DNA from: Acidobacteriota bacterium
Lineage (GTDB): Bacteria > Acidobacteriota > UBA6911 > RPQK01 > JAJDTT01
Assembly: GCA_965209055.1 (NCBI GenBank)
Contig: OZ242374.1
Coordinates: forward strand, 3,328,001-3,392,000
Direction of reading: 5' to 3'
DNA length: 64,000 bases
The notes beneath the pieces were generated by a model. It made no database searches, was not told where the DNA came from, and was given only the letters and a program-made list of their open reading frames with translations. Each line of letters opens with the position of its first letter. Position 1 is the first letter of the stretch. The position numbers and the translations under genes are program-made. Below are positions 27,355-36,651 of the stretch, one piece after another.

Positions 27355-28610
27355 CCCAAAATCCCCGATGCGAGCAACGCGCCGAGACTGGTTTCGCCGC
27401 GCCACTCTCTAAGCCGGGGATGTTCGGCGCCCAGTACAATGTCCGTTGATCCGGCTTCGTCCTTAGCAAAACAGAGAACGTCGCTTGCACGAGCTGCGTT
27501 CAAAATTACCGTGGAGTGAGTTGCGAGCAGGACTTGTGCTCCATACACCGACGAAAGGGAATCGTAGACGGTCGAAATCGCACCCGGATGGATTCCGTTT
27601 TCAGGCTCTTCGATCAGATAGACTCCCCTTATATTGTTGAGATAGGCAGGTAGCGTCAGCGCGGCCAGCCGGAGGGTGCCGTCTGAAACAAGCCAGGACG
27701 GCACTGCCACTCCCCCTTCATATCCAAAAACCATGTAGCGGTGTTTGTCTTCGGGCCGTTCCACAGTCGTGATTTCCTTGAAGTCGGTGAGGGCAGTTTG
27801 AAGATGAGAGATCCAGGACTTGTAACGTCCCGGATCCTGTTCCCTCAGATGGGCGATCACCCAAGGCAGATTGGATCCATCCGGCAGAAAACCCTTGACC
27901 CGTTGGGGGGGGCTCGGGCGCTTGATCTGAAGACTGTTGAGGACGAATCGTTGAACTCCGGTGTTCAACAGCTCCCGAAACCAAGTGGCCACAGGGAACG
28001 AATTCTCGTCTGCTGGTAGGTTGCCCAAAGCGGACCTGTGTGGTCCCAGCTTGAAAGAAGGTGCCCAGCCCTTGCCCGGCCTGGCATAGATTTCGCTGTA
28101 GAAGTTGTCGTTTCCCCCCGGCACCTTCGAGATTACAAGCCTCTCCTGGCTCTGACCCTTGCGAGTTACCAGCGAACGGGGAGGTATAGCTGACATTGGG
28201 AAGAGTAGGGGGCGCTGCGGATTGACGACAGCCGCCTTTTTCAGCCGAAAAGTCTCGGACTTGAATTCGAAGCGGCGCTGGGTCTCGTCGAAACCAATCG
28301 CCACTTCGTACCTTGCCGTGTCCAATTCCTTTCGCGCCGTTTGACGACGAATGTCTTCGGGAATTCGGGCCTCGATCGCGAGCTCGAAGCCTTCACCTTG
28401 CCTTCGAAAGAGCAGCTCCTCAGGATTTGAGGCCCGGTTCGATAGAGCGTCCTCCAGACCATCGGACACGACCTCCTGCAGAAATGCCACGACGTCCAGG
28501 AACGTCGATTTGCCTGAGGCATTGGGGCCGACCAGAACGTGGAAAGAGTCGAGTGGTCTGGAAATATACCGCAGGCAACGGTAATTCAGAGCTTCGATGA
28601 ACGTGATCAT
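27351..28610 (-). CDS. ABC/AAA_21-type ATPase, MAD3-like (putative defence)
   Basis: MITFIEALNYRCL, Walker A GPNASGKS, SDGTLR, Walker B IEEPENGIHP, ATHS. The ATG lies 2 nt after the SDR stop. Confidence 0.85.
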   Translation of the reverse strand: MITFIEALNYRCLRYISRPLDSFHVLVGPNASGKSTFLDVVAFLQEVVSDGLEDALSNRASNPEELLFRRQGEGFELAIEARIPEDIRRQTARKELDTARYEVAIGFDETQRRFEFKSETFRLKKAAVVNPQRPLLFPMSAIPPRSLVTRKGQSQERLVISKVPGGNDNFYSEIYARPGKGWAPSFKLGPHRSALGNLPADENSFPVATWFRELLNTGVQRFVLNSLQIKRPSPPQRVKGFLPDGSNLPWVIAHLREQDPGRYKSWISHLQTALTDFKEITTVERPEDKHRYMVFGYEGGVAVPSWLVSDGTLRLAALTLPAYLNNIRGVYLIEEPENGIHPGAISTVYDSLSSVYGAQVLLATHSTVILNAARASDVLCFAKDEAGSTDIVLGAEHPRLREWRGETSLGALLASGILG

Positions 28611-28612
28611 CG

Positions 28613-29413
28613 TTAGTACGGCAGCAACCCGCCCTCGACATTCATGGCGCTGGATGTAATGTACGCGGCGTCGTCGGAGCAGAGGAACGCCACCACGTTG
28701 GCCATGTCCTCCGGTTGCTGAATCCGGCCCAGCGGAATGCTGTCCACGGCTCCCGCCTTCACGGAACCCTCGGGAACGTCCAAAATCTTGGCGGTCTCCC
28801 GGTCGATCAGGTCCCACATGGGCGTGTCGATGATGCCGCCGCAGATGCTGTTGACCAGGATCTGATGATCGGACAGCTCCAGGCCCAGTTGCTTCCCGAA
28901 CCCGATGGCCGCGTGCTTGCTGGCGGCGTAGGCTCCCAGCGGAGTGTTCTTCCCCGGCGCGATCTTGCCGGCCCCCGAGGCGTTGATGACGATCCGTCCG
29001 CCGTGCCCCTGCCGGATCATCTGCCGGCCCGCCGCAGTGCAACAGAGGAAGACCCCCTTGGCGTTGACGGCCATCAGGCGGTCCCAGCTTGCTTCGTCGG
29101 TGTCGATCAGGGGAGCGACGATGCCGATTCCGGCATTGGCCACCAGGATGTCCAGCTTGCCGAAGGCCTCGACCGTCGCACCGATCATGGCGTCGACGTC
29201 TCCGAATGACGTCACGTCCGCCTGCAGGCCCACCGCCTCGCCGCCGGCGGAACGGATCTCCGCAGCAACGGATTCGGCGCCGTCCTGGTCGATGTCCGCT
29301 ACGGCTACCTGAGCCCCTTCCCGGGCTAGGCGCAACGCGATGGCCCGGCCGATGCTGCGTCCGCCTCCGGTGACCAACGCGCTTTTCCCTTCGATTTCCG
29401 AATATCTGGCCAT
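28613..29413 (-). CDS. Short-chain dehydrogenase/reductase
   Basis: TGGGRSIG, ANAG and YAASK motifs. Confidence 0.95.
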   Translation of the reverse strand: MARYSEIEGKSALVTGGGRSIGRAIALRLAREGAQVAVADIDQDGAESVAAEIRSAGGEAVGLQADVTSFGDVDAMIGATVEAFGKLDILVANAGIGIVAPLIDTDEASWDRLMAVNAKGVFLCCTAAGRQMIRQGHGGRIVINASGAGKIAPGKNTPLGAYAASKHAAIGFGKQLGLELSDHQILVNSICGGIIDTPMWDLIDRETAKILDVPEGSVKAGAVDSIPLGRIQQPEDMANVVAFLCSDDAAYITSSAMNVEGGLLPY

Positions 29414-29444
29414 GGTGGTGCGCTCTCCTGTTCGAGTCCTGGCT

Positions 29445-29912
29445 TCAGTCAGTGAACTCCATCAACTCAAGTACAAATCCATCCGGATCCTTGAAGAAAA
29501 CCACCTTGAGGGCGCCATACTCCCAATCGTCTCCCAGGTCGAAGACCACCGGCGCGGAGACGAACTCCACTCCCGCTTCGGTGAGTTCCCGGTAGGCTCG
29601 ATCCATGTCCTTCACCCCGAAGCAGAAGTGCCCCTGGTTGGACATGCCCAGTACGGCATTGGAGTTCTCGCCCGGGGGGTCGACGTAAAGCTGAAGGTCC
29701 ACAAGAATCCCGGGCGTTTCCGGAATGGCCAGCCGAACCACCTGCATCACCACGTTCTCCTTGGCTGCCATCTGGGAGATTTCCTTCCCTTCCAGCCGGT
29801 GCCGCTCCACCTCCTTGAAGCCGAGCACGTCACAGTAGAATTTGAGTGAACGGTCCAGATCGCTGACGGTGACCGCCACGTGGTCCAGATTCCTTACCCA
29901 TTCCATATCCAA
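29445..29912 (-). CDS. VOC/glyoxalase family protein
   Basis: DHVAVTVSDLDRSLKFY, HFCFGV and FFKDPDGFVLEL motifs. Confidence 0.92.
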   Translation of the reverse strand: MDMEWVRNLDHVAVTVSDLDRSLKFYCDVLGFKEVERHRLEGKEISQMAAKENVVMQVVRLAIPETPGILVDLQLYVDPPGENSNAVLGMSNQGHFCFGVKDMDRAYRELTEAGVEFVSAPVVFDLGDDWEYGALKVVFFKDPDGFVLELMEFTD

Positions 29913-30103
29913 TCCTCCTGGCTGGGAACTTGTTTCGGTCAGGCTGCTCAGGAACTCTGCCGGAGTTTGATCGCCCGGTCATCCTCGCCTCAGAACGGGG
30001 CGATTATCATTGACAATCGGAATTCAGATCAAGTCGACAACCCGTGCTGTATTCATGGCTCCATACGCGACTTTCGCCAGTTGCGAGCTTATACTCCTCA
30101 CCC

Positions 30104-31447
30104 ATGGTACGAACACGCTATCTCTACGGTGTCGCTCTGGTGGCCGCCGTCGGCGGATTCATCTTCGGATACGACCTCTCCATCATCGCCGGCGCCAGCC
30201 TCTTCCTGAAGGAAGAGTTCGCCCTGAGTCCGTTCTGGCTGGGATTCGCCGTCAGCAGCGCGGTCATCGGCTGCATCCTCGGTCCCCTCTTCGGAGGCGG
30301 CCTCACCGATCGCTGGGGACGGAAGAGGGCCCTCGTCTTTTGCGCGATCCTGTTCGGGATTTCGGCCATCGGGACCGCGCTGCCCCGGAACATGACGGAG
30401 TTCTACATCTTCCGGATCGTGGGCGGCGTCGGCGTGGGCCTGGCCTCCATCATTTCCCCCATGTACATCGCCGAGGTGGCTCCGGCCCGGATGCGGGGGC
30501 GGCTGGTTCTGGTCAACCAGGTGGCCATCGTGGTCGGTTCGCTGTCCTCCATCATCGTCTCCTACTACCTCTCCCTGATCGGCTCATGGCGCTGGATGTT
30601 CGCGTCCGAGATGGTCCCCATCGTGATCCTGCTCATCGGCCTGGCGTTCGTCCCCGAGAGCCCCAGATGGTTCGCCCAGGTGAATCGGAAGGAGGAGGCC
30701 CGGGCGGTGCTGACCCGGATCGGCGGAAGCGCATACGCCACTGCGGAGCTGGAGGAGATCGCCCGGTCGCTGAAGGAGAAATTGGGGAGTTTCCGCGATC
30801 TGATCAAGCCGGGCATGAGAACGGCCCTCCTCATTGCCTTGACCCTGGCCGTCCTGCAACAGTTGAGTGGGACCAGTCCGTTGCTGTTCCACACTCCGCT
30901 CATCTTTCAGCGGGCGGGCTTCGAGAACATCTCCGACGCCATCCTGCAATCCATCATCGTCAACGTCTGGAACCTGACCTGGACCTGCATCGGACTCTGG
31001 GCCGTCGATCGTTACGGCAGGCGCCCGCTGTTGATGACGGGGACCATCGCCATGGCGGTCGGGTTCCTGCTCATGGGCATCTTCTTCTACTACGACATGG
31101 CCGGGATTTTTCTCCTGCTCACCATGTTCCTGGTGGTGGGAGGCTACGTCATCAGCCTGGCGCCTCTGGCTTGGTTGATCATGTCCGAGATCTTTCCCAC
31201 GCACCTGCGGGCGAAGGCCATGCAGGTGGCGGCGCTGGGCCTCTGGGTGTCGGCGTATCTCGGCGCCCAGGTGTTGCCCCCCATGATGTCCTACTTCAAG
31301 GAGGACCTGGGGACCGAGGCGTACGCGTTCTGGATCTTCATGGCGGTCTGTATCTTCGCCGTCATTTTCGGATGGAAGATGGTGCCCGAGACCAAGGGCC
31401 GGTCCCTGGAAGAGATCGGCCGTTCGTGGACCCGGAACGTGAAGTAA
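30104..31447 (+). CDS. Sugar porter family MFS transporter
   Basis: GFIFGYD, DRWGRK, YIAEVAPARMRG, PESPRW, QQLSG and PETKG motifs. Confidence 0.95.
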   Translation: MVRTRYLYGVALVAAVGGFIFGYDLSIIAGASLFLKEEFALSPFWLGFAVSSAVIGCILGPLFGGGLTDRWGRKRALVFCAILFGISAIGTALPRNMTEFYIFRIVGGVGVGLASIISPMYIAEVAPARMRGRLVLVNQVAIVVGSLSSIIVSYYLSLIGSWRWMFASEMVPIVILLIGLAFVPESPRWFAQVNRKEEARAVLTRIGGSAYATAELEEIARSLKEKLGSFRDLIKPGMRTALLIALTLAVLQQLSGTSPLLFHTPLIFQRAGFENISDAILQSIIVNVWNLTWTCIGLWAVDRYGRRPLLMTGTIAMAVGFLLMGIFFYYDMAGIFLLLTMFLVVGGYVISLAPLAWLIMSEIFPTHLRAKAMQVAALGLWVSAYLGAQVLPPMMSYFKEDLGTEAYAFWIFMAVCIFAVIFGWKMVPETKGRSLEEIGRSWTRNVK

Positions 31448-31488
31448 CGCCTCACCGCGATCATTCCGAACCTCCCGGAGCCTTGAAC

Positions 31489-32736
31489 ATGTTCTTCAAC
31501 CAGGAGCGGGCCAGGAGCTTCATGCGGGAGTGCGGCCTCGACGCCCTGATCGCCGCGTCCCATCTGAACATCACTTATTTCACCGGCTACTTTTGCTGGC
31601 TCGATCCCACCATTCGGGGGTACATGCTGCAACCGGGAGCCCCGTCCAGCCTGGCGCTGCCCGGCTACGCGGTCTTTCCACTGGAAGGGGAACCGGCTCT
31701 GGTGCTCAATCCTCTCTTCGCCGTCAACGGCGCGGACCTCTGGGTCCGCGACCTCCAAGTCTTCGGCGCCTCCGGCGTGGACGACACGCTCACCTCGGGC
31801 GATTTGCCGGACAACTATCGCAGGATCCACGACCTGCTGCTGGAGCCGCCGCGGGCGTCCAGTTCCCTGGAGGCGCTGTTGCACATCCTGGAAGCAAGAG
31901 GCCTGACCGGTGGGCGCGTCGGTGTTGAAATGGAAGCCCTGACTGCGGATCGGAAGGAGGAGCTGGCCCGGGCTCTTCCCGGAGCCGCTCTGCTCGACGC
32001 GTCAAACCTGATCCGGCTGATTCGGATGGTCAAGAACGACTATGAGGTCGGTCTTCTGACCCGCTCGGCAGAGATCAACGAGGAGGCAGGGTTTCAGGTT
32101 CTGTCGGAGACGAGGCCGGGCACGACCCTGGGAGAGATGAATGACCGTTACCGGGTCCTGGCGGCCCGGGAGGGGGCCGACTTCGACCACTTCTGCATCG
32201 GCCTCGGCGGGCTGGGCATGGCCACCGAGCCGGACTACGCACTGGGCGAGGACGACGTCATGATGGTGGACTTCGGGTGCATCTACCGGCGTTGCTTCTC
32301 GGACACGGGGACCACATTCGCTCTCAAGGAGTTGTCCGATCCGCTAATGCGCCGGTTCGAAGCAGTGCGTGAATGCGTTGCCGCGGGGGTTGGCGCCATG
32401 AAGCCGGGCGTCCGCTGCTCGGCCGTCACGGGGGCCATGTTCCGGATCCTGGAAGAGCTGGAATTGACCGCGTCCTATCCCCACGGCCACGGGGTCGGTC
32501 TGGACGTCCGGGACTATCCCACCGTCGTGGCCGACAACGGGTTGCGGGTGAACGACGACTGCGTCGACGTGGCCTCGGACATGCCCTTGGAAGAGAATAT
32601 GGTCCTGAACCTGGAGGCCTCCATGTTCCTTCCGGGCGTCGGTTCGCTCCAGATGGAGCGCTCCCTGGTGATCACGCCGGACGGGTGCCGCGACTTGGTG
32701 CCGCAGGATCGATCGCGGCCGTACATCCCCCGCTGA
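31489..32736 (+). CDS. Xaa-Pro peptidase (M24) family protein
   Basis: RMVKN, VDFG...SD, HGHGVGLDV and LNLE motifs. Only the last ~415 aa of the 908-aa track ORF are coding. Confidence 0.88.
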   Translation: MFFNQERARSFMRECGLDALIAASHLNITYFTGYFCWLDPTIRGYMLQPGAPSSLALPGYAVFPLEGEPALVLNPLFAVNGADLWVRDLQVFGASGVDDTLTSGDLPDNYRRIHDLLLEPPRASSSLEALLHILEARGLTGGRVGVEMEALTADRKEELARALPGAALLDASNLIRLIRMVKNDYEVGLLTRSAEINEEAGFQVLSETRPGTTLGEMNDRYRVLAAREGADFDHFCIGLGGLGMATEPDYALGEDDVMMVDFGCIYRRCFSDTGTTFALKELSDPLMRRFEAVRECVAAGVGAMKPGVRCSAVTGAMFRILEELELTASYPHGHGVGLDVRDYPTVVADNGLRVNDDCVDVASDMPLEENMVLNLEASMFLPGVGSLQMERSLVITPDGCRDLVPQDRSRPYIPR

Positions 32737-32766
32737 GGGCCGTGACTGAACCGCGGCAACAAAAGG

Positions 32767-33540
32767 GTGGCTGAACCCCTCGACCCCCGCACGGCCGGGG
32801 AGATCCGCAAGCGAAGCCGGACCTTCTTCGAAGCCGAGCTGGATCGTTACCGGGACGTTTCTCCGCCGTCCATCCAGGATGACGATCAGACCCGGCGACT
32901 GCTCCAATCGTTGCCTGCGCCGCCGGATTCGAAACTGGTCGACATCGGGTGCGGTACCGGAATCGTCGCGTCGCACATGAAGCGGCTCTTCCCGAAAGCC
33001 GCGGTGTGGGGACTTGACATCTCTCCCAAGGTCATCGCCAGGGCCAGGGAATTGGACCGGACCGGGAGCATCGGATTCGTCGTGGCGACGGAGTCGGAAC
33101 TCCCATTTACCGATTCCGTATTCGACTCTGCCGTGTGCCGATTCTCGCTCCACCACTATCCCGATCTGGCGGCCCATTTTCGGGAAGTCAGGAGGATTCT
33201 CAAGAGGAAGGGAATCTATCTGATCGTCGAGGTCCTTCCCGAAGCCGGGCGGTTTCAAACTATGCTCAACGACGTGTTCGCCGCCGCGGAGCGGGAATCG
33301 GCCGGACACGTGGCCTACTATTCGCTGGAGGACTTCAGGGACCTGCTTGCGCCCGCGAAGCTGACGCTACGGTCGGTCCAGCCCATTCCGCTCCAATTGA
33401 AGATCGGTAAATACCTGAACCACTGCCAGGAGATCCGGAAGACGCCGACGTCCTTTCGGAACCGGATCTCGTTTGAGGAAGGGGACGACTGGTTTTCAGT
33501 CCGATTGCCGGCGGCGGGACTGTTTGCCGAGGCGGATTGA
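32767..33540 (+). CDS. Class I SAM-dependent methyltransferase
   Basis: VDIGCGTG, GLDIS, LPFTDSVFD and LHHY motifs. Confidence 0.88.
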   Translation: MAEPLDPRTAGEIRKRSRTFFEAELDRYRDVSPPSIQDDDQTRRLLQSLPAPPDSKLVDIGCGTGIVASHMKRLFPKAAVWGLDISPKVIARARELDRTGSIGFVVATESELPFTDSVFDSAVCRFSLHHYPDLAAHFREVRRILKRKGIYLIVEVLPEAGRFQTMLNDVFAAAERESAGHVAYYSLEDFRDLLAPAKLTLRSVQPIPLQLKIGKYLNHCQEIRKTPTSFRNRISFEEGDDWFSVRLPAAGLFAEAD

Positions 33541-33601
33541 GAAGCCGGAATTCCGGGTATTCAGCAACCAGGACCAAGCGGGACGGCCCGCGCGGAGTTC
33601 G

Positions 33602-34582
33602 TCACTGGTCGATGCGGTACAGTGGCTCCAGCCCCGCGGCGATCCGGTCCAGGTTCTCGGCGGCGCACGCCGCCCGCTTGCGCGCGGTGCCGTCGGTGAC
33701 CCCGGCGATGTGAGGCGTCGTCACGGCGTTCGGCAATCGGAAAATGGCATCGGACAGATCAGGCGGTTCCTGGCTGAAAACGTCGATTCCGGCGCCGCCG
33801 ATCCAGCCTTCCACCAGGGCCTGCTCCAGGGCCGCCTCGTCCACCAGCTCTCCGCGGGAGACGTTGATCAGGAAAGCGGACGACTTCATCAGCTTCAGCC
33901 GGCGCTCGTTGATGATGTGGCGGGTCTCCCGGTTGAGATGCAGATGCAGGGAGACGACGTCCGATTGGGCGATGACGTCGTCCATGTCGGACGGCTTCCC
34001 GGCGAACTCCAGTCCCAGCTCGCTCACCTCATCGGGTCCGACGTCGCGGATGTCGATGGCGAGAGTCTTCATCCCGAAACCCGGGGCGCGCTTCGCCAAC
34101 TCGATGCCGCTGGCCCCCAAGCCGAGAATGCCCAGCTTCCAACCCTCCATTTCGGCGCCCATCGGCCTGTAGAGTTTGCCGCTGTCGAGGACCTCCTTCG
34201 AATCGTGGTACCTGCGGGCCAGCATCAGGATGAACATCATGGCGCAGTCGGCCAGGGCCACGGCGCTGAAGGCTCCCGGGCAATTGGAGGTCGGCATTCC
34301 CTTCGACTTCCAGTATTCCAGGTCGAAGTGGTCGAACCCCGTTCCAAGGATCTGCCAATGCTGGACCTTGCCCGCCGCCGCCAGGTCGACCATCTCCCGG
34401 GTTCCCACCGATCCGCCATGATCGATGACGGCGTCGATGCCTTCGAACTGCGGGGCCAGGGGCTGATCGTAGTCGGCAATGCGCAGGTCGTGATTCTTCG
34501 TCACGGCGTCGACGAGCTCGGACCCCCAGCGCTCGAACAAACCGGGTAAGGGGAGAAACAGCACCTTCAGTCTTTGGCTCAT
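33602..34582 (-). CDS. D-isomer-specific 2-hydroxyacid dehydrogenase
   Basis: GLGASG, INVSRG, DVFSQEP and TPHIAG motifs. Confidence 0.93.
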   Translation of the reverse strand: MSQRLKVLFLPLPGLFERWGSELVDAVTKNHDLRIADYDQPLAPQFEGIDAVIDHGGSVGTREMVDLAAAGKVQHWQILGTGFDHFDLEYWKSKGMPTSNCPGAFSAVALADCAMMFILMLARRYHDSKEVLDSGKLYRPMGAEMEGWKLGILGLGASGIELAKRAPGFGMKTLAIDIRDVGPDEVSELGLEFAGKPSDMDDVIAQSDVVSLHLHLNRETRHIINERRLKLMKSSAFLINVSRGELVDEAALEQALVEGWIGGAGIDVFSQEPPDLSDAIFRLPNAVTTPHIAGVTDGTARKRAACAAENLDRIAAGLEPLYRIDQ

Positions 34583-34654
34583 GGGCGCATCATAGCATGA
34601 GACGCGGTCCGTTTCGGTTGACGCTTCCGAGATTCAGCGGGTATGTTTTTCCTC

Positions 34655-34894
34655 ATGAAGACGACCCTCAACATCGATGATACGGTGATGCAGCGTCTGC
34701 GGGAAGAAGCGGCCCGGCGCGGCACCACCATGTCTGCTCTCGTTGAGGCGGGACTCCTCCGTGTCTTGGGGGGGAGTACGCGAATCGACGATGGACCGGA
34801 ACCCCTGGTACCGTTGCCCACCTGGAAAAGCGGCGGGCTCCGGGTCGGCATCGCCGACCGCGAAGCGCTCTACCAAAAGATGGATGAGGCGTGA
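34655..34894 (+). CDS. VapB-like ribbon-helix-helix antitoxin
   Basis: MKTTLNIDDTVMQRLREEAARRGTTMSALVEAGLL...PLPTW...IADREALY. Confidence 0.85.
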   Translation: MKTTLNIDDTVMQRLREEAARRGTTMSALVEAGLLRVLGGSTRIDDGPEPLVPLPTWKSGGLRVGIADREALYQKMDEA

Positions 34895-36651
34895 GTGCTG
34901 GTCTTCGATACACCTCCCTTCGTTGGCGCGGGCTCCTCGTGGCCCTTTTCCTGCTAGCGGCCCTGTCACCTCTGGCCGGATCGGACTCCGGCACGGTCCT
35001 CTTCAGCGACCAGGCTCAGGCGGCCGGAATCGATTTCGTCCACTTCAACGGGATGTCGGGAGAGAAGTACTACTGCGAGATGGTGGGGTCCGGCGGCGCC
35101 CTGTTCGACTACGACAACGACGGCGATCTGGACCTCTATATCGTCCAGGGCAACATGCTGGGGCCGGGAAAGGCCCTCAAGGACGCCCTCTTTCCACCGC
35201 GGGTCCCGTTGCCGCCGAGAGACCGCCTGTATCGAAACGACCTGGAGATCCGTGCGGACGGGAGCCGGAACCTGCGCTTCACCGACGTCACGCAACAGAG
35301 CGGCATCGAGTCCGCCGGATACGGCATGGGAGCGGCGGCGGCCGACGTCGACAACGACGGCTGGATCGATCTCTTCGTGACCAACTTCGGGAGGAATCAA
35401 CTCTTTCGCAACAACGGGGACGGCAGCTTCCGCGAGGCCGCGCTGCCGGAAAAGGCCGCGACCCGTTGGAGCGTCAGCGCGGCGTTCCTGGACTACGACC
35501 GCGACGGTTGGCTCGATCTCTTCGTCGGCAACTACGTCGACTTCAGCTTCTCTCACACCAAGAACTGTTTCGGTTCGACCGGGCGCGTCGACTACTGCGG
35601 GCCAACCAGCTATGAGCCGGTCCCGGACCAGTTGTTCCGCAACCGGGGAGACGGGAGCTTTGAGGACGCATCGGCCGCGTCCCAGATCGCCCGTCAATAC
35701 AACGGTTCCCTGGGCGTGGTCACGGCCGACTTCAACCTGGACGGTTGGATCGACCTCTACGTGGCCAACGACCAGCGCCCCAACCATCTCTGGATGAACC
35801 AGGGAAACGGAACCTTCAGGAACGAAGCGTTGCTGGCCGGCTGCGCCTTCAACAAGGACGGGAAGGCGGAGTCGAGCATGGGCGTGGATGCGGCGGACTT
35901 CGATAACGACGGCGACGAAGACCTGTTCATGACGCACCTGCTGAACGAGACCAACACCCTCTACCGGAACGACGGCACCGGCTGGTTCGAGGACCAGTCC
36001 TCGGGCACCCGGCTCGCGCCCCCCAGCGTCCCCTTCACTGGATTCGGAACGGCCTTCCTGGACTTCGACAACGACGGGTGGCTGGACGTCCTGGCTCTGA
36101 ACGGCCATGTCTCCACCTTGGAAGCCCTGGCCAAGGACAATGACCCGTACCCGCTTCATCAACCCAATCAACTCTTCCGCAACGTGGACGGAGAGACGTT
36201 CGAGGACTTGACCGGCGGGGCCGGGCCGGTGTTTGAGCTGTCGGAGGTGAGCCGTGGCGGCGCCTTCGGGGATGTGGACAACGACGGCGACACGGATGTC
36301 CTGGTGGCCAACAACAACGGGCGCGCGCGGCTGTTGATCAACCAGACGGGACAGCAGCGGCATTGGCTGGGACTGCGGCTGATGGACCGGCGGCTCAAGA
36401 GGGACCTGCTGGGGACTCGAGTCGGCGTGTTCCTCGCCGGAGGCCGGACGTTGTGGCGGCGCGTCCGGACCGATGGGAGCTACGCCTCTTCCAACGATCC
36501 CAGGCTGCTCTTCGGACTCGGAAACGAGACGCGGGTGTTGAAGGTCCGCGCCGAATGGACGGACGGAACAAAGGAGCAGTGGGACAGCCTGCCGGTAAAC
36601 CAATATACGGTTCTCTATCGGGGTAGCGGAACGGCGGTGACGAAACCATGA
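34891..36651 (+). CDS. CRTAC1-family FG-GAP repeat / ASPIC-UnbV protein 1
   Basis: Repeated DYDNDGDLDLY and DFDNDGWLD motifs, C-terminal GSYASSNDPRLLFGLG. Confidence 0.92.
   Translation: MSAGLRYTSLRWRGLLVALFLLAALSPLAGSDSGTVLFSDQAQAAGIDFVHFNGMSGEKYYCEMVGSGGALFDYDNDGDLDLYIVQGNMLGPGKALKDALFPPRVPLPPRDRLYRNDLEIRADGSRNLRFTDVTQQSGIESAGYGMGAAAADVDNDGWIDLFVTNFGRNQLFRNNGDGSFREAALPEKAATRWSVSAAFLDYDRDGWLDLFVGNYVDFSFSHTKNCFGSTGRVDYCGPTSYEPVPDQLFRNRGDGSFEDASAASQIARQYNGSLGVVTADFNLDGWIDLYVANDQRPNHLWMNQGNGTFRNEALLAGCAFNKDGKAESSMGVDAADFDNDGDEDLFMTHLLNETNTLYRNDGTGWFEDQSSGTRLAPPSVPFTGFGTAFLDFDNDGWLDVLALNGHVSTLEALAKDNDPYPLHQPNQLFRNVDGETFEDLTGGAGPVFELSEVSRGGAFGDVDNDGDTDVLVANNNGRARLLINQTGQQRHWLGLRLMDRRLKRDLLGTRVGVFLAGGRTLWRRVRTDGSYASSNDPRLLFGLGNETRVLKVRAEWTDGTKEQWDSLPVNQYTVLYRGSGTAVTKP
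34895..34912 (+). pseudogene. Six-codon stub of a VapC/PIN toxin (MLVFDT)
   Basis: GTG CTG GTC TTC GAT ACA directly after the vapB stop. The frame then runs into unrelated sequence and a TAG. Confidence 0.55.

Noticed and set aside
27351-29042. Apparent 563-aa ATPase with a long N-terminal extension
   Set aside because: The extension is an alternate frame of the SDR gene. The ATPase begins at MITFIE (28610).
30010-32736. Apparent 908-aa fusion ORF
   Set aside because: The first ~490 codons are an off-frame read of the MFS gene. Only 31489-32736 is the peptidase.
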